This document shows, piece after piece, positions 1 to 12,800 of a stretch of DNA of 64,000 nucleotides (positions are counted from its first letter, which is position 1; each line of letters starts with the position of its first letter). This DNA is from Balanoglossus misakiensis. Its lineage: Eukaryota; Animalia; Hemichordata. The notes beneath the pieces are model-generated. The model was not told the origin of the DNA. It searched no databases and saw nothing but the letters and a program-made list of their open reading frames with translations. The stretch spans positions 14,573,129 to 14,637,128 of the forward strand of contig CM082576.2 in the NCBI GenBank assembly GCA_040954595.2, in the 5' to 3' direction. Position numbers and translations under genes: made by a program.

Positions 1-248
1 CTTTATTCCCTGGGACCAAACGATGTTAGGCTATGTATTTTATGTGTTCTATTTATTAATGTTTGATTTTGAGATACCGGTGTTTTACATATGAAACATT
101 TAAATTGTCAGTTGTTATTAATTTAAATCTATGAGAGGCAGGAGAGACGTAGTCCACGTCTGACATGAGTGCTGTGACAGTTGAATTTTTGCAGTAGTTT
201 GCTCTGCTCTGTTGAGGCCAGTTTTTGTGTTGACAGTGTATTTGTATG

Positions 249-254
249 AATAAA
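249..254 (+). promoter_or_regulatory. Candidate poly(A) signal of a convergent plus-strand gene outside the window
   Basis: T-rich UTR-like 1-250, AATAAA, then GT/T-rich ttgtcgtgttctttcctgt. Confidence 0.35.
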
Positions 255-2386
255 TCAATGTGTTACCATTGAAAATGTTTATTGTCGTGTTCTTTCCTGT
301 ATGATTGTACGTTGGGATGTGCTCATCACAAATATGAAAATGGTATCACCCACACCATGGAGGGCGGAAGTTGGTCCTGGCGCTTTTTTCCCCATGATTC
401 AAATTACTGTAAACGCCATATTGGAAATTCTGCCAACTTTCCCTCGATTTTGTAAAAAATCGCGCGACTAATATACATGTCGAATATGTTTTATTCTGAA
501 AGAGTGTCCCCAAAGCTACCAAATTATGTAGAAATCAGCTTGGCCGGATTTCCCCTTTAACTAGTCACTTTCCTGGTCTTGCCTATATTGAATGTATAGG
601 AGGGTTGTGGCACTACCATGATGTTGGCAGTACATGTATATGGAACCAACATAACACTGTTTAATATGCTTAGGCCACATTTCAATGGTAATGCGGTGTG
701 AAATAAAATTAGGCCAAGAATTATGTGCAATGGGACTTGTTCAATAAATAATCCAAGGTTTCCGTCACCTTCAACAGGTTTCTCTGACTTGCCTACTGAA
801 CAGCGCCCTCAAGACAAGGCCATTACTATTTGGATAGTGACCTTTGATGCGTGAAGTGTGTCTTGGCCCTTCTGAGAAATACAGTCAATATTTTATGCAT
901 GTATGGCTAGACCACAGAGCAGGTAGTATAAAGTATTGAGTGTTGGTGTAGAATAGGGCTGCCCAAATAACTACCGACAGCTTACCCCCTTGACAAAGGG
1001 CGTTAAAGTCGTGTGCACATGCTTGAATTATCTATGGCCCCTTAAATAAATCTTATTCTGATGAAACCAGGCTTATCAACGGGGTATATGGATTACTTTT
1101 TCACGACAAAGCACAAATGGCAAAAATGTTGCAAATGCCGGTGGGATTAGGGGATCTTCATAAGTGTTTCTGGTACACACTAAACTCTTGGACACAGCTT
1201 ATTGCCAGCTGTCATAATTACGACTCCTTGACACAATCTTGTTTTTCCGAGATTTATTCTTGTAATAGCTGTATTTGCAATAAGCACATTACAAAAAATC
1301 AAAAGGTTTATCCACCTCCAGAAGTGTGTGAATGATTTTACACCAGCAATGGCTACATGTGAACATCAATTATAACACCGATTAGTGCGTCTCCTAAACC
1401 CCTTTTTCAAATATAGCAAAGATGGAATAGACAAGTCAAACCTTTTGATACTGGAAGAAAAATACATGACTGTGCCACACAGAAACTTTCTCACTCCAAT
1501 GGCTAATTATTATTAATTTTTCTGGTCTGAAAATTAACATTATTTCGACACTATTTTGAAATATTTATCAAAAAGCATGCTATGAGATTTGACAACTACA
1601 ACAAGCATTGGCCAAAATATGTCAAGTTTATGAAATTGATTACTATATCATACTGTATTGAGAGGAACTTGCTGTGGCTTTTAACCGACAAATACGTGGA
1701 AAACTTTTGACTGTTATATTACTACATAATGACACTACAATGATTAAAAACACCCACTTTGCTAATACAAATTTTGATATGGGGGGAAAAAACTACTCTG
1801 CAGTGAAATTATCAAGCAATGTCTTTTGGGTCTTGGCGCCCATCAGGTTCTAAGTCACATGGCTTTACAGTCTGGATAGTGGACAATACACAGTGACTTC
1901 AAAAGCCACCCTTTACAGTCACACAGGAACTTTGAACTGATTGTTAAATCATTTGCCATTATTAGCAATGATTTGACTCTCACATGTATACTCCCAGCTG
2001 AAGCCACGCCAACTTGTCCAATCATTTCGCTTTACAGTGAGCGGCAATATTTCAGTGGCACTTATACGGGACACTGCGTTTCACATGTAATTGCTCAAAT
2101 AGAAAATAACACTTTTACTTACATCAATGTATACCTGGACCACACCCAGGTAAACATCGCCACCCCTGACCGCTTTCTGAAAACTATCACTGTCTACTAT
2201 ACTGACTAAACATCTGTAGTGGTAATAAAGACACAAGTCAGTCAGATGCCACAATCGGACTGATTTCATAATCTGTGGAACGCTGCATAAAACAGGACAC
2301 TGTTTTCATCCACAGTGAGTCGAACCACAAAACAAAAGAGGAATGGCACCATACTGACTTGTGTCACAGAAAACAATAACATCAGT

Positions 2387-2392
2387 TTTATT
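2387..2392 (-). promoter_or_regulatory. Candidate beta-spectrin poly(A) signal AATAAA (3' UTR ~1.2 kb); alternatives at 3390-3395 and 3477-3482
   Basis: AATAAA on the minus strand followed by U/GU-rich sequence. Confidence 0.4.
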
Positions 2393-3598
2393 GCAAAATT
2401 AATTGCTGAAGACAGTCAGACAAGCAGTGGTTAATAAAACTTGTTCTGGGGGGATATCATATTTCAGAGTTCAGGCTTTTAATGAAAATACGGTGAGACA
2501 CAAAAAAAAACTGCTTGTTTGACCGTTTTCATTTTAACAATAGTTGGAAGTTTAAAGTTAACTTTTTTCTTTATAATAAATCAAAAAAATAATACGAAAA
2601 AGAAGTAGATGTTGAAAAGAACACACGACATGGCAGCACTATTTCTTTAAGTCGCATGCAGATGTGAAAATAACTATAGCATTAGCTCTGAAAAAAAAAT
2701 CTAGCAATACATACAATATACTTTTACACAATTTATGGGCAAGTAAATCTAGGCATATCTACATGATTATGGGGACAATAAAATACAGTATTAACTCTAG
2801 AGAATTATCTTATTACTGATGGCATATAGGCATTAGAATTTGAACCGTGGCAGTTTCCATCAAACTGGAAACTTCTACACTACAATGGCACAAAGTAGTT
2901 TTGTAATTGTTAATTAATATGATAAAAACACTACTGAGCTGGTGGGGGAAATCCTGCGAACAAATGCCTCATATTTAGTACTTGATCTGAATTTCCATAA
3001 TGGAAAGAAAGTTAAATGACCAAAGCTGACAAAAACTAGACCATTTCTGTATAATTTGTAATCTGTCTGTATAAACAGAAAACAAACTGACAATGCCTCA
3101 AAGCCCATTCATAAAGCCTACATACTATATTTCCAATTTTTTTTTCTTAAAATTTCTTTGAAACGAGTGAAACACTGATTACGATTGTGAAATACTACAC
3201 TCTTTTAAGAATACACTAAATATAAACTAGTATTCACAAAGCTAAAACATCAACATACAGTGAAAAACAATCAATCTTTTGCGCCATTTTCCCATTAATT
3301 TGCTGTGATGTATTACATACACTTTTTTATATCATTTTCAAACACTACAAACAAGAGACAAGTGTTCACGAAAAATGACATCACGTATATTTATTTTAGT
3401 GTCCATGAAATGGCTCCACCAAAGAAAATCTACAAACAGGAATAAGAAACGTTTTGTATGACGATGCTTTGAGATTTTTATTATATAGTTTTATATACTT
3501 GGGACGTCCTGTGAGAGTACACTTCATAAACTACACCAAATATTTCTAGTAATAAACATGACATTCTACAATCAATTGACTACTGGGAGAGACATCTT

Positions 3599-3809
3599 TT
3601 ATTTCTTTTTGAGGGTGAAAAATCCTCCCCCTTTCTTTTTCTCTTTCTTGCCGGGTGAGGTGACGGCCTCGGGGAAGGTGGCCGCCCTGGCTGCAGCACT
3701 GGCGCCTTCCTCATCATGACCCTCGGCGGCTGCTTTCAGTGTTCCTACCCAGTGATTCATCTCTTCGTCATCTTTGGCCTGAAGCAGGTATTCAGCACCG
3801 CTCTCAAGC
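3599..3809 (-). CDS. SPTBN1: beta-spectrin terminal coding exon (end of PH, basic tail, TAA)
   Basis: [18 protein letters not shown]...[16 protein letters not shown]. Confidence 0.95.
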
Positions 3810-6800
3810 CTGCAAGTATACCCAAGAAAAACAGTTGTGATCCCAACATACCGAAGCCTTCACATCAACGTAAACTGGAGGCAAATTTTGACCTCAAATG
3901 TACTTTTTATAACCAAAATACCACTTCACTGACTATGCACTAGAGAAATCACTGTAAACTGGGAAATTTTCACGAACTACGCCAGAGCAATAAAAAACGC
4001 GAAAATATAAAATCACATAACAATGGGTTTTTTTGAATAACGATGCAGTGAAATACGAAAACATGAAAATTAATCGTCCCGTAACAATTGCCACTTTTGA
4101 TAACGCGAAAATAATTTTCCTGTTTTATAGTAACCTATAAACATATTGTCCAGCTACACAATGCCTATGGTATGGATTCTGTCTCTCTCATGTTGTTATT
4201 GAGAAAATCGGCAAACATGGAGCATTCTACAAGAATGAGTGTTACTCACTTCATTCTGATGACGTGCTTCTTCTTGGTGTAATCTTCGGCTATATCCACC
4301 TTAGCATTGGTCAGATTCACTGGTTCTTCACCATGGAAATAGATTTCTTGTAGTTTATGTTTCTTGTCCTTGTAGAACGAGAGAAGGTTGGCCAGCTGTA
4401 CAGCGTACACATTGTGCCAGGATCTGAAAGCAAAAAGTGATTTCAGGATGGATGAGACAAGGACATTGTCACCAACATTAGAAGTCTGTGTGTATTATAT
4501 ATGCAAATGTGTGTGTATGTGTGTAGCTGCAATTCATTTTTGTACACAACATTTCTCGTTGGAAACTCCACAGAATGAGAAAATTTATTTCCCCCTCGAT
4601 AATGATAAACAGCTTGAAAACACCCCAAGATGATTACAAATGCTTTGACGATTAGACTGACATAGCTTACCTGTTAGACGCCTTCTTGGAATGGGTTTCC
4701 CATTCGTGTTTTCTTCCCAAGGGACCTTCATTCTCCATGGCCCCTGTGCCCATATCGCCTTCTCCTCGTTTCGGTGCAGTGACCGCGGCTCTTTCTTCGC
4801 CCGGTTTTTCCTCCTCTCCATTGACCGCGTGTTCTCCCGCACGTTCGCCGGAGTCCTCAACAGCTTGCTGTGGTGCCGACTTCTCATATTGGATCTTCTC
4901 CTCTTGGTATTCAACACGGCGAGCTTCTTCGAGTTCCATTTGTTTCTGTCTCATTCTGCCAATGGCAATGGAAAGACTTGTTGTAGAGTGCCATTATCAT
5001 TCACAACAAGGGACTCGCAATACAGGGTCAGTGTGTGTGTCACAACAGACAATGTGACAATCTCTATGACATGTTATGTCAATGCAGGCATATTTACAAA
5101 AAGCAAGCACGACATAAACAACGACCCACACTATATGGAACGCTTTCAATGAATAAAACCTGTCTAAACTGAACCCTGTCTAATCTGGAAACCTGTCTAT
5201 ATAGACATAGAACCACATATTAAAAGAACTGGACATCTCTGCAAACTGAACAATTTCTTCAGTCCCTTTGGTGTTCAGTTTAGATAGGCCTTATTTTCTT
5301 CTCAAAAATCACATCACATGATGAATAATGAATAGCAATGATCAATAACCAATTGATCACTCAACAGGGTTTCCATAGCATCAAACTACTTTTTGCTCTA
5401 TGACACCTAATGTAGATGCTAGTAAAACATCTTTCTTTTTGAACATGAGTGACAAACTTTACCTCTCTTTTTCTTCCATCTCCTTCTCTTCCCGCAAGAA
5501 ATCTTCAATAACTCTATGCTTCATTGGTGGCGATTCTTTCAATGGTGGTAGCTCTGCACCTGGGTGCATACGTCGGTATTCCTCTTCTTGTCTCTTGCGC
5601 ATTTCCTTCAATTCATACTGTGATTGTGAACACACAAAAAGTTTTTGTTTTAATTGTGCATGTTTCCCTTACCTCATCACAGGGCATAACTTTCACTGGG
5701 CCTTACATTTCACATTAGTGACTTTTGCTATTATAATAATTTTTTATTGCGTTTCAAGACCCCAGGTCCAAATGCAAAGAGAACATTTCTCAGTTCTCAA
5801 ATAAAGTGATCCATCGCACAAAAATATAAATTGAATGCTAAATGCACAATTACAAAGAAAGTTGAACAATATTATACACTCTATACACTTTTGCTATTAG
5901 CATGTGGCTGGAATAAATTTCTCACAAATTTCAGGACTCTCCATACACAAATTACATGTACAAAGTAGAGCTGGTACAAAATTCACCTATGATCAAGAAG
6001 CTATGGAATATATTATCACAGTAATAACACAGATCATCTCTTGCGAATTGTTATTAATGATGAATGTATTTTGACAACTGACTCATTACTTACTGTTGTG
6101 AGTCTTTCCAATGCACCAAACCTTTCTTCTTGAGCATGGAAAGATTTCTCAAAGGCTTCGTGTTTCTTGATGTAAAGTTCTACTTCATCCAGGGTGTCCT
6201 GTAAAAAAAACATTTGTTACCAAAACTCTCAGTCTATCTTTTCAAAATCTATGATACATTGTAATTAAATTTTCACACACCATACAGTGACGAATGTAAA
6301 TCTTGCATGTAAGAGAGTAGATTTGGGTTATGGAATAAATTTTCTTCCAAAGGTAATTTTCGAGAACCTCATACAATTTTCAATGAGCAATTCCATACAA
6401 CATCAATTTCAATATATATAAAGAGAGAGAACGATCAGCTGGGATTTCAGGTTAGGAACAGATTAACTAATAAAGAATACATCTTCACAAATAAACTTCA
6501 ACTGTTACTTACGCCATAATCTTCACTTCTAAGGTACGGTTCCTGGCTCATCAACCAGGCTTCAGCGACATGTGCATCACGTGCAAATTGATACACTTCC
6601 AGGATGAGCTGGAGAAACTCCCATCGGTGTTCCCAGTCTTTGATCATGGAACCGCGTCGACTGCCCAAACCGACCAGCTTCTCCCGGATCTGGAAGCAGA
6701 GATTTTATCAATGTCAGTGGCTGTTGAATTTTGCGTCGCCTTTCGCATCCTAATAAATCAGTGAAGGTGAACATTAACAGTAATCAACACTTCTCCATAA

Positions 6801-9800
6801 AGGGGAGAAGTATTTCTACCCTTCCACCTGAACTTGAAATATTTCATGTACAGTAGAACGTCGATTATCCGCACATCGATTATCCGCATTGTTCGGTCAT
6901 CCGAACTCACTCTGTGTCCCCCGAAAAGTCTACCTGTACTAGGCGTATACCTTGCTTAATCATTGTTTGATATTCACGGCCCTCGCTGTCAAAGGAAGGC
7001 ATCATACAGCACTTCCCTCTTTTAAAAAGTTATTTCTTTAAACAACCTTACCGCCCATTAGCCTTTTGTTTTAATTCTGAAAGTGTTAATGTTTTGTATC
7101 CCCGGGTATGAATCATTTGGATGCAATCGCAAGAGGTGTGAAAATAAACAGCTCGACAATGGCACGGTTCGTCAGCCGCAAAGCTTTGCCAGCCTTGCTA
7201 AAAGGTTGCGACCGATGGTCGGCTTCTTCATTAAACGTTCGCGGCATTTTGTCAAAACTTGAAAGTGTTAACTAGTTCGGTAGAAGTGTTTAAAAACCCT
7301 TGGGTTTTGGGAAATTTCACCATTTGTAATTCCAGTACAATGTAGTGATCTGCCGAGAAACATCGAACCGACCGACATCGCATTGCTTCCGCCATTACTG
7401 TCCATGCCATCATGGCTATGTCATGAAGCGAGCGTCACATGCTCGACCTCACGTCGTCATTCTTTTATTTATTTTTTACTTTCTCATAATTTTACTTTGT
7501 GCAGTATTTGAAACCATCCAAATTTACTTAGAAATAAAAATAGAATGGAAAACGATGTGTCTTGTCTACTATGGACGGGTTTATGTATGCGTGTTATATG
7601 TCAGATGTGACCCCGCCCCCTAAGTTTGCGTATCCGAACCGACCGCATAACCGAACCAAAAGCCTGTCCCCCTAGCTGTTCGGATAATCGACGTTCTACT
7701 GTACTCTATTACACCTGAAAAAATTCCATGGTATAACATAATGTGTTTACTACACATACGGTAAGTTTCTTTTGCAGTACTAGATTATCTCAAGTTACAT
7801 TTTAAATTTATCGAAATCTGAGGACAGATTATGATTCATCTTTCTAAACAGTCTGGTGGGGTACACCATATCATCTCTATCTTAAAACTCCACATCCTAT
7901 ATTACTTTACCCCCTACAAGCTATTGTTTGCTTACCTCTTTAGAAGCATAATGGCTCCTACTCAGCATCTCTTTACCCAAGGTAAAGCATTCTGTGAAGC
8001 TGTCATCACGGGCATCAATCTCAGCCTTGATGTTCTGGTGTTGGTTCATTAACAATTCAACACCCGACACATCCCTGTAAATATACAGACGCATTGTGCA
8101 GTGAATCACAACCACTGTCTGCAGACAAGTATGTAAATGGGAGTTGAATCTTACCACAGTGAGACGTAGAGCTAACTGATATCATAATATGGCTTGCAGG
8201 AAGCACTCTACCAACACAAGGTATTTCATATTCTGACAGCTGTTACATTACTTTCAGGAATGGTCTGATTATCACTGATATTGTGAAGCAGTAAATTTCC
8301 CGAGCTCCATCAGTTTATGTTTGCCATTCTAGCTGTAAAAGACAACCAGTTTACGGACTTACCTGGCTCTTTCCTGCGTGTTGATTTGGATTGTAACATC
8401 ATCCATCCAGAGAATCAGATCTCGCACCATGTTGAGGAATCTGTAGTAGTCGGAGGTGTCCGACAGTTTGATCTTGCGTCCCTCCACCATGGCTTGCAGG
8501 TTCCTCCAGGCGTTGACGACTTCAGCTTCTTTGGCCTGGATGTCTCGGGCCTTATCGCCTGCGTACGCCGCTCTCAGATGCGAGGCGTCCTCCTGCAGTT
8601 GCTGCACTTGAGTGCCCAGGGCCAGGATGTCGTGTTCGAAGCCTGAGTGTTTCCTCTGCAGATTCTTGACTGTGTTGCCGTCTTTGCCAAGTTCCTCCGA
8701 CATGCTTTGTTGTTTCTCCTGTGAAGATAACAACATCGGCCAATCTGCAGTTAGCTCTCTCACTCTTGACATAAATGTAACATACCAATTATACAAATCT
8801 GCATAAACACTCTTGCTCCGTACAGCAGAAAAAAACTGTCTCAACTTTTGCTATTTCTGGCACACACAACTTATTACTGTAATATTGGCTCAAAATGTAT
8901 TTATAGGACTAAACTGCTTTGACACACGATTGAAAATGATAGAATACTATAAAACGGGTTATTTTTGCAACAGGAAATTTTCGCGATATCAAAAGAGGCA
9001 ACTGTTATGCGATGATTAATTTTACATTCTCGTATTTGACAAACTGCATCGTTATCTCTGGGAAACATTTTACGCGACTTTTTTTTCATGTTTTTTCTGC
9101 TCTGGCATATTTCGCAATAATTTACTGCAAGCGAAAATAACCCGTTTTACAGTATCTCTTTGCATTACACGGTACTTTTCCCATCCACGAAACAACTCGA
9201 CTTACCTGTATCCTGCCCAGGATTTCCCTGGCATCATAGTAGAATTTATGGAGCTCATAAGATGCAGCCAACATCTGTGTTCTTGTGTCAATCAGCTCCA
9301 GCAGATCAGCCCATGCTTCATTGAGACCATCCTTCCATTCAGCAATGATGGCTGCGTCTGTGTGGCCAGAATCTATGAGATGGTCGGCTATCTCGTTGAC
9401 ATTTGCCACACGCTCCTGGCCGATGTTGTGCGTCTCTCGGGCAAACTCCCTGAAGCGATCCTGCAGCATCTACGAGAAATTTTCCAAGGGTTGGAATCAC
9501 GTTAAACAATTATACCGCCAGTATTTACAATTCTCATGTCCATTTTCTCAACTGCAACTGTTATTCAAAGTAACGAGTTTCTTCTACCCACATGTGGTCA
9601 TCACAACAATATTCACAGACAATTACAGTCATACAAGACACAGAAATGAGGAGAAAGTCGGTTTTTCTTTCAGTCAACAAAAAACAAGTTCCACTTTTTC
9701 ACACAGTGCTCTTACATATACCCAACATTAGTTTACACTTACTGTAACATGTTCATAATCTTGGCCAAGTTCGTGAGATCCAGCAATGATTTCTCTCTCA

Positions 9801-12800
9801 GCGATCCATTGCTCCAGATCATCCACTTCTCTGTTCAATTGGTACAATTTCAGTGTTTCATCCAGACGAGCTCGTCTTTCTTCTGACAGATCTTTGAGAC
9901 CGGCGTACAACTTGTCGATCTGAGACTGACGTACTGCAATCTGTTCACTGTTTAAGAAAATGGCAAATCAATGGTTGATAATTCGAAGTACCATACAAAG
10001 CAAAACTCTGAAATATCCAGTAGGCATGTCTCATTTCCACGTTTTGCTTCCAACAGAAGATACACTTGTTCATTTCAAGAGTTTAATTTTGAATAGTCTA
10101 TGTACACAGCAACAAAAACTCGCCACCACATCCAACATCAAACCAAACATCAATGTTTTCAGACTTAACTCTCGTCCTCTTCCAACAAGAGACACTACTA
10201 CATATTCACCTTTGTGGATGGCCTTCATCCATAAGTTTCTTGGCTTCTTGAGAGAGTTCGTTGATGGTGTCAGCGTAATCCTCTACAGCATTTTCTAAAA
10301 TTTCGTGCTTCTTCAGCATGTACTGTGCACTAGCTTCATCACGCCCCCTCTCATCGCCCATCATGTAGAGTTCTTGTTCACTCATCCATGCCTCAGCTTC
10401 GTTGGCATCAAAGAAGTACTGCAAGGAAAAAATATATCACATTCTTACCTCACTCTGAACTGGTACATCAAAACAACACATTGATGTCCAATAAAATGTT
10501 TTTTGTTGTTGTTTTTTAGCAAGGAAATCAGAGAATTACTTGGATATCTGGTTGCTAGAATTAGTGTGATGACTTCAAACGGGAATGCTATGCACGATGA
10601 AACGCCCATGTCAATAAATATTGGCTTTAACCTGTAAATGGCTTTCTGATCTCTCTCATCTCTGTATGCACTGTCAAATACCATGAGTGTGACCTCCATC
10701 ATGACATGTTCATGACATGTTCATAAAAAATAATTCTCCCTGACACACACAAATGTTTCAACTTTTCACATGCTAGATGGAGAGATTACTCAAATGAAGG
10801 TAATCATAAGAACCCTGGTCTTATTTGTTGTATGGTACACTTCAGCCGACCTGCGTTCAGGAGGTTGGTTATTTACATATGATCATTTCAAGTCTGGTGG
10901 CTCAATCACACACGTACATACGCATGTACAGTCGAGAAACTGGGTAGTGGATTTGCATATGTTAATGAGATTTTACTTTGAATTTCAACAGCGCCACCAT
11001 TACTTCAAGAACCGTTGGTGTATTTTTTCACTTTCAGAAAATCGTCTTTTTCTACACCAAAAGGTGAGATTTGTGCCACCAAACTTCGTCGCTCAGGTTT
11101 GATAGACGTAACCTATCGTCTGATCGAGTTGAAAGTGGAAAATTTATCGTATTTCTGTTCGATCTCTGATATTATTTGTACGCTACGTCTAGCGAATGTG
11201 GTAAAATAAACACTGCGTCGTTTCCGTTTGCAAGCATAAAATTGTTCCAAGTGTGCTTTTTGTATTAGTTTTATATCTTATATTTTGAACGGATATTGTT
11301 TCGTTTTGGCTCAAGCTTCCCAAAGTGGAGTTTCGGGCCATTGAACTTGAGTAGGTTTTGGGTGGTCGACGCCAGTAAAATCCAATATGGCGGTCACACG
11401 CTGCTGATTGTTTACATCGGTTCGTGATCGTGTCACTGAGGTGCATCCACGTGCCACGCATGATTCTTTGGACTTGTGTATGACTAAATCGTGCATTTTT
11501 TCGTCTCACATTAACATAGCTATCTCTTTGCTATTGTTTTACCAGAGAAGTTGATTTTTTTCGGATTTATTGGTGCATTGTTGGCTTCCAGGGTTATACT
11601 ACTTACGTACTACAGATAACCACAAAACGCATAAAAATGGTGATTGTATGTGGAGTCAATCTTCCTTTGTGGACAAGGAGGGTGCATCGTTCACGCATAA
11701 ACTCTGTCAGTAAAAATGCACTGTTGCAAATTAACAAAACCTGCTCTGAAGTGGAAAAAACAAGGTTCTGTATACAAACTCAACTGAAATAAAAACAAAA
11801 GTTGCAAATATTTTAAATGCAAGGCTTAAAAGTGCTAGCAAGCCTTCATTTAATAATTACAAAGCTTACAAGTACCATATTTCCACATTTTTACGACTGG
11901 CAGAGCATCGATATAATATTTGTATTAAAAAAATGCGGGATAAGTGTAAAGTTAAAAATAATGTAGTGAAACAAATAAAAACAGTGTGTAATCAACTGCA
12001 AGAGTTTAAAAAATCGCTGCGGTCTGTGTGCAAAATGTCAGGACCTCTAAAACATCATTGCCATGAGCATCGCCAAAGATTTATAAAAGACAAGTCCATT
12101 ATTATGGCCGAAACCATGATTAAAAAACGTTTGTCACAATGCAAGACAAATGTGAATGAGAGTCAAGCCTTACTCCTGCTATGTGACATACAAAGCAGAT
12201 TTCTAAATGTCGACAAACTTTATGAATCACTCCTTGATGATCCAGATTTAGCACAAATTGACAAAGAAATCAGAGCTAAAGTAATGCAGACATTATATAT
12301 CACAAGTGGGTGTGATTTCATTTCTTTCTTTGTTGGGTATGGTAAAGCCTCTTTTCTGAAAATTTTATATCAATTTGCTGAATTTATTACAGGCGGGAGT
12401 GTAGCACCTGTCACTCTGTCAGACACAGAATTCATCTGTAGAGAAAGGGGGTTGCTTTCATTTTATCGTCTTATTGGTACACTGTATTACCAAAAACATT
12501 ACAGTGAATTTTCTTCAGAATCATCAAGCCCCTTTAATCTGTACAAAACAATAAAAGTAAATAACCAATCAGACAGTCCGGTGGAATTACACACAAAGTG
12601 GCTCAAGAGATAATTCCAAATGACACTGCACTAAAATATCACTGGTATAGAACGTGTTTTATTTCTGAACTGTGGTCACAAGCTCACCGACATCACATTA
12701 CACTTCCTCCTTATGAAAACTCAGGATACAATGTGGAAAATGGGAAAATAAATATACTGTGGGATTCTGTGGAAAATATGCAGAAGGTTCAAGAGCGTGT

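Noticed and set aside
400-560. Kolobok-like end CCCCTTTAA
   Set aside because: No matching left terminus found
4956-5063. Upstream AG at 5064-5065 giving a PH-less C-terminus (DCHIVCC...PCCE*), like vertebrate short beta-spectrin tails
   Set aside because: No pyrimidine tract, and the premature stop would likely trigger NMD
5673-5701. GAG|GTAAGG donor 55 nt upstream of exon 31
   Set aside because: No in-frame acceptor, in-frame TAA just upstream and a very short resulting intron
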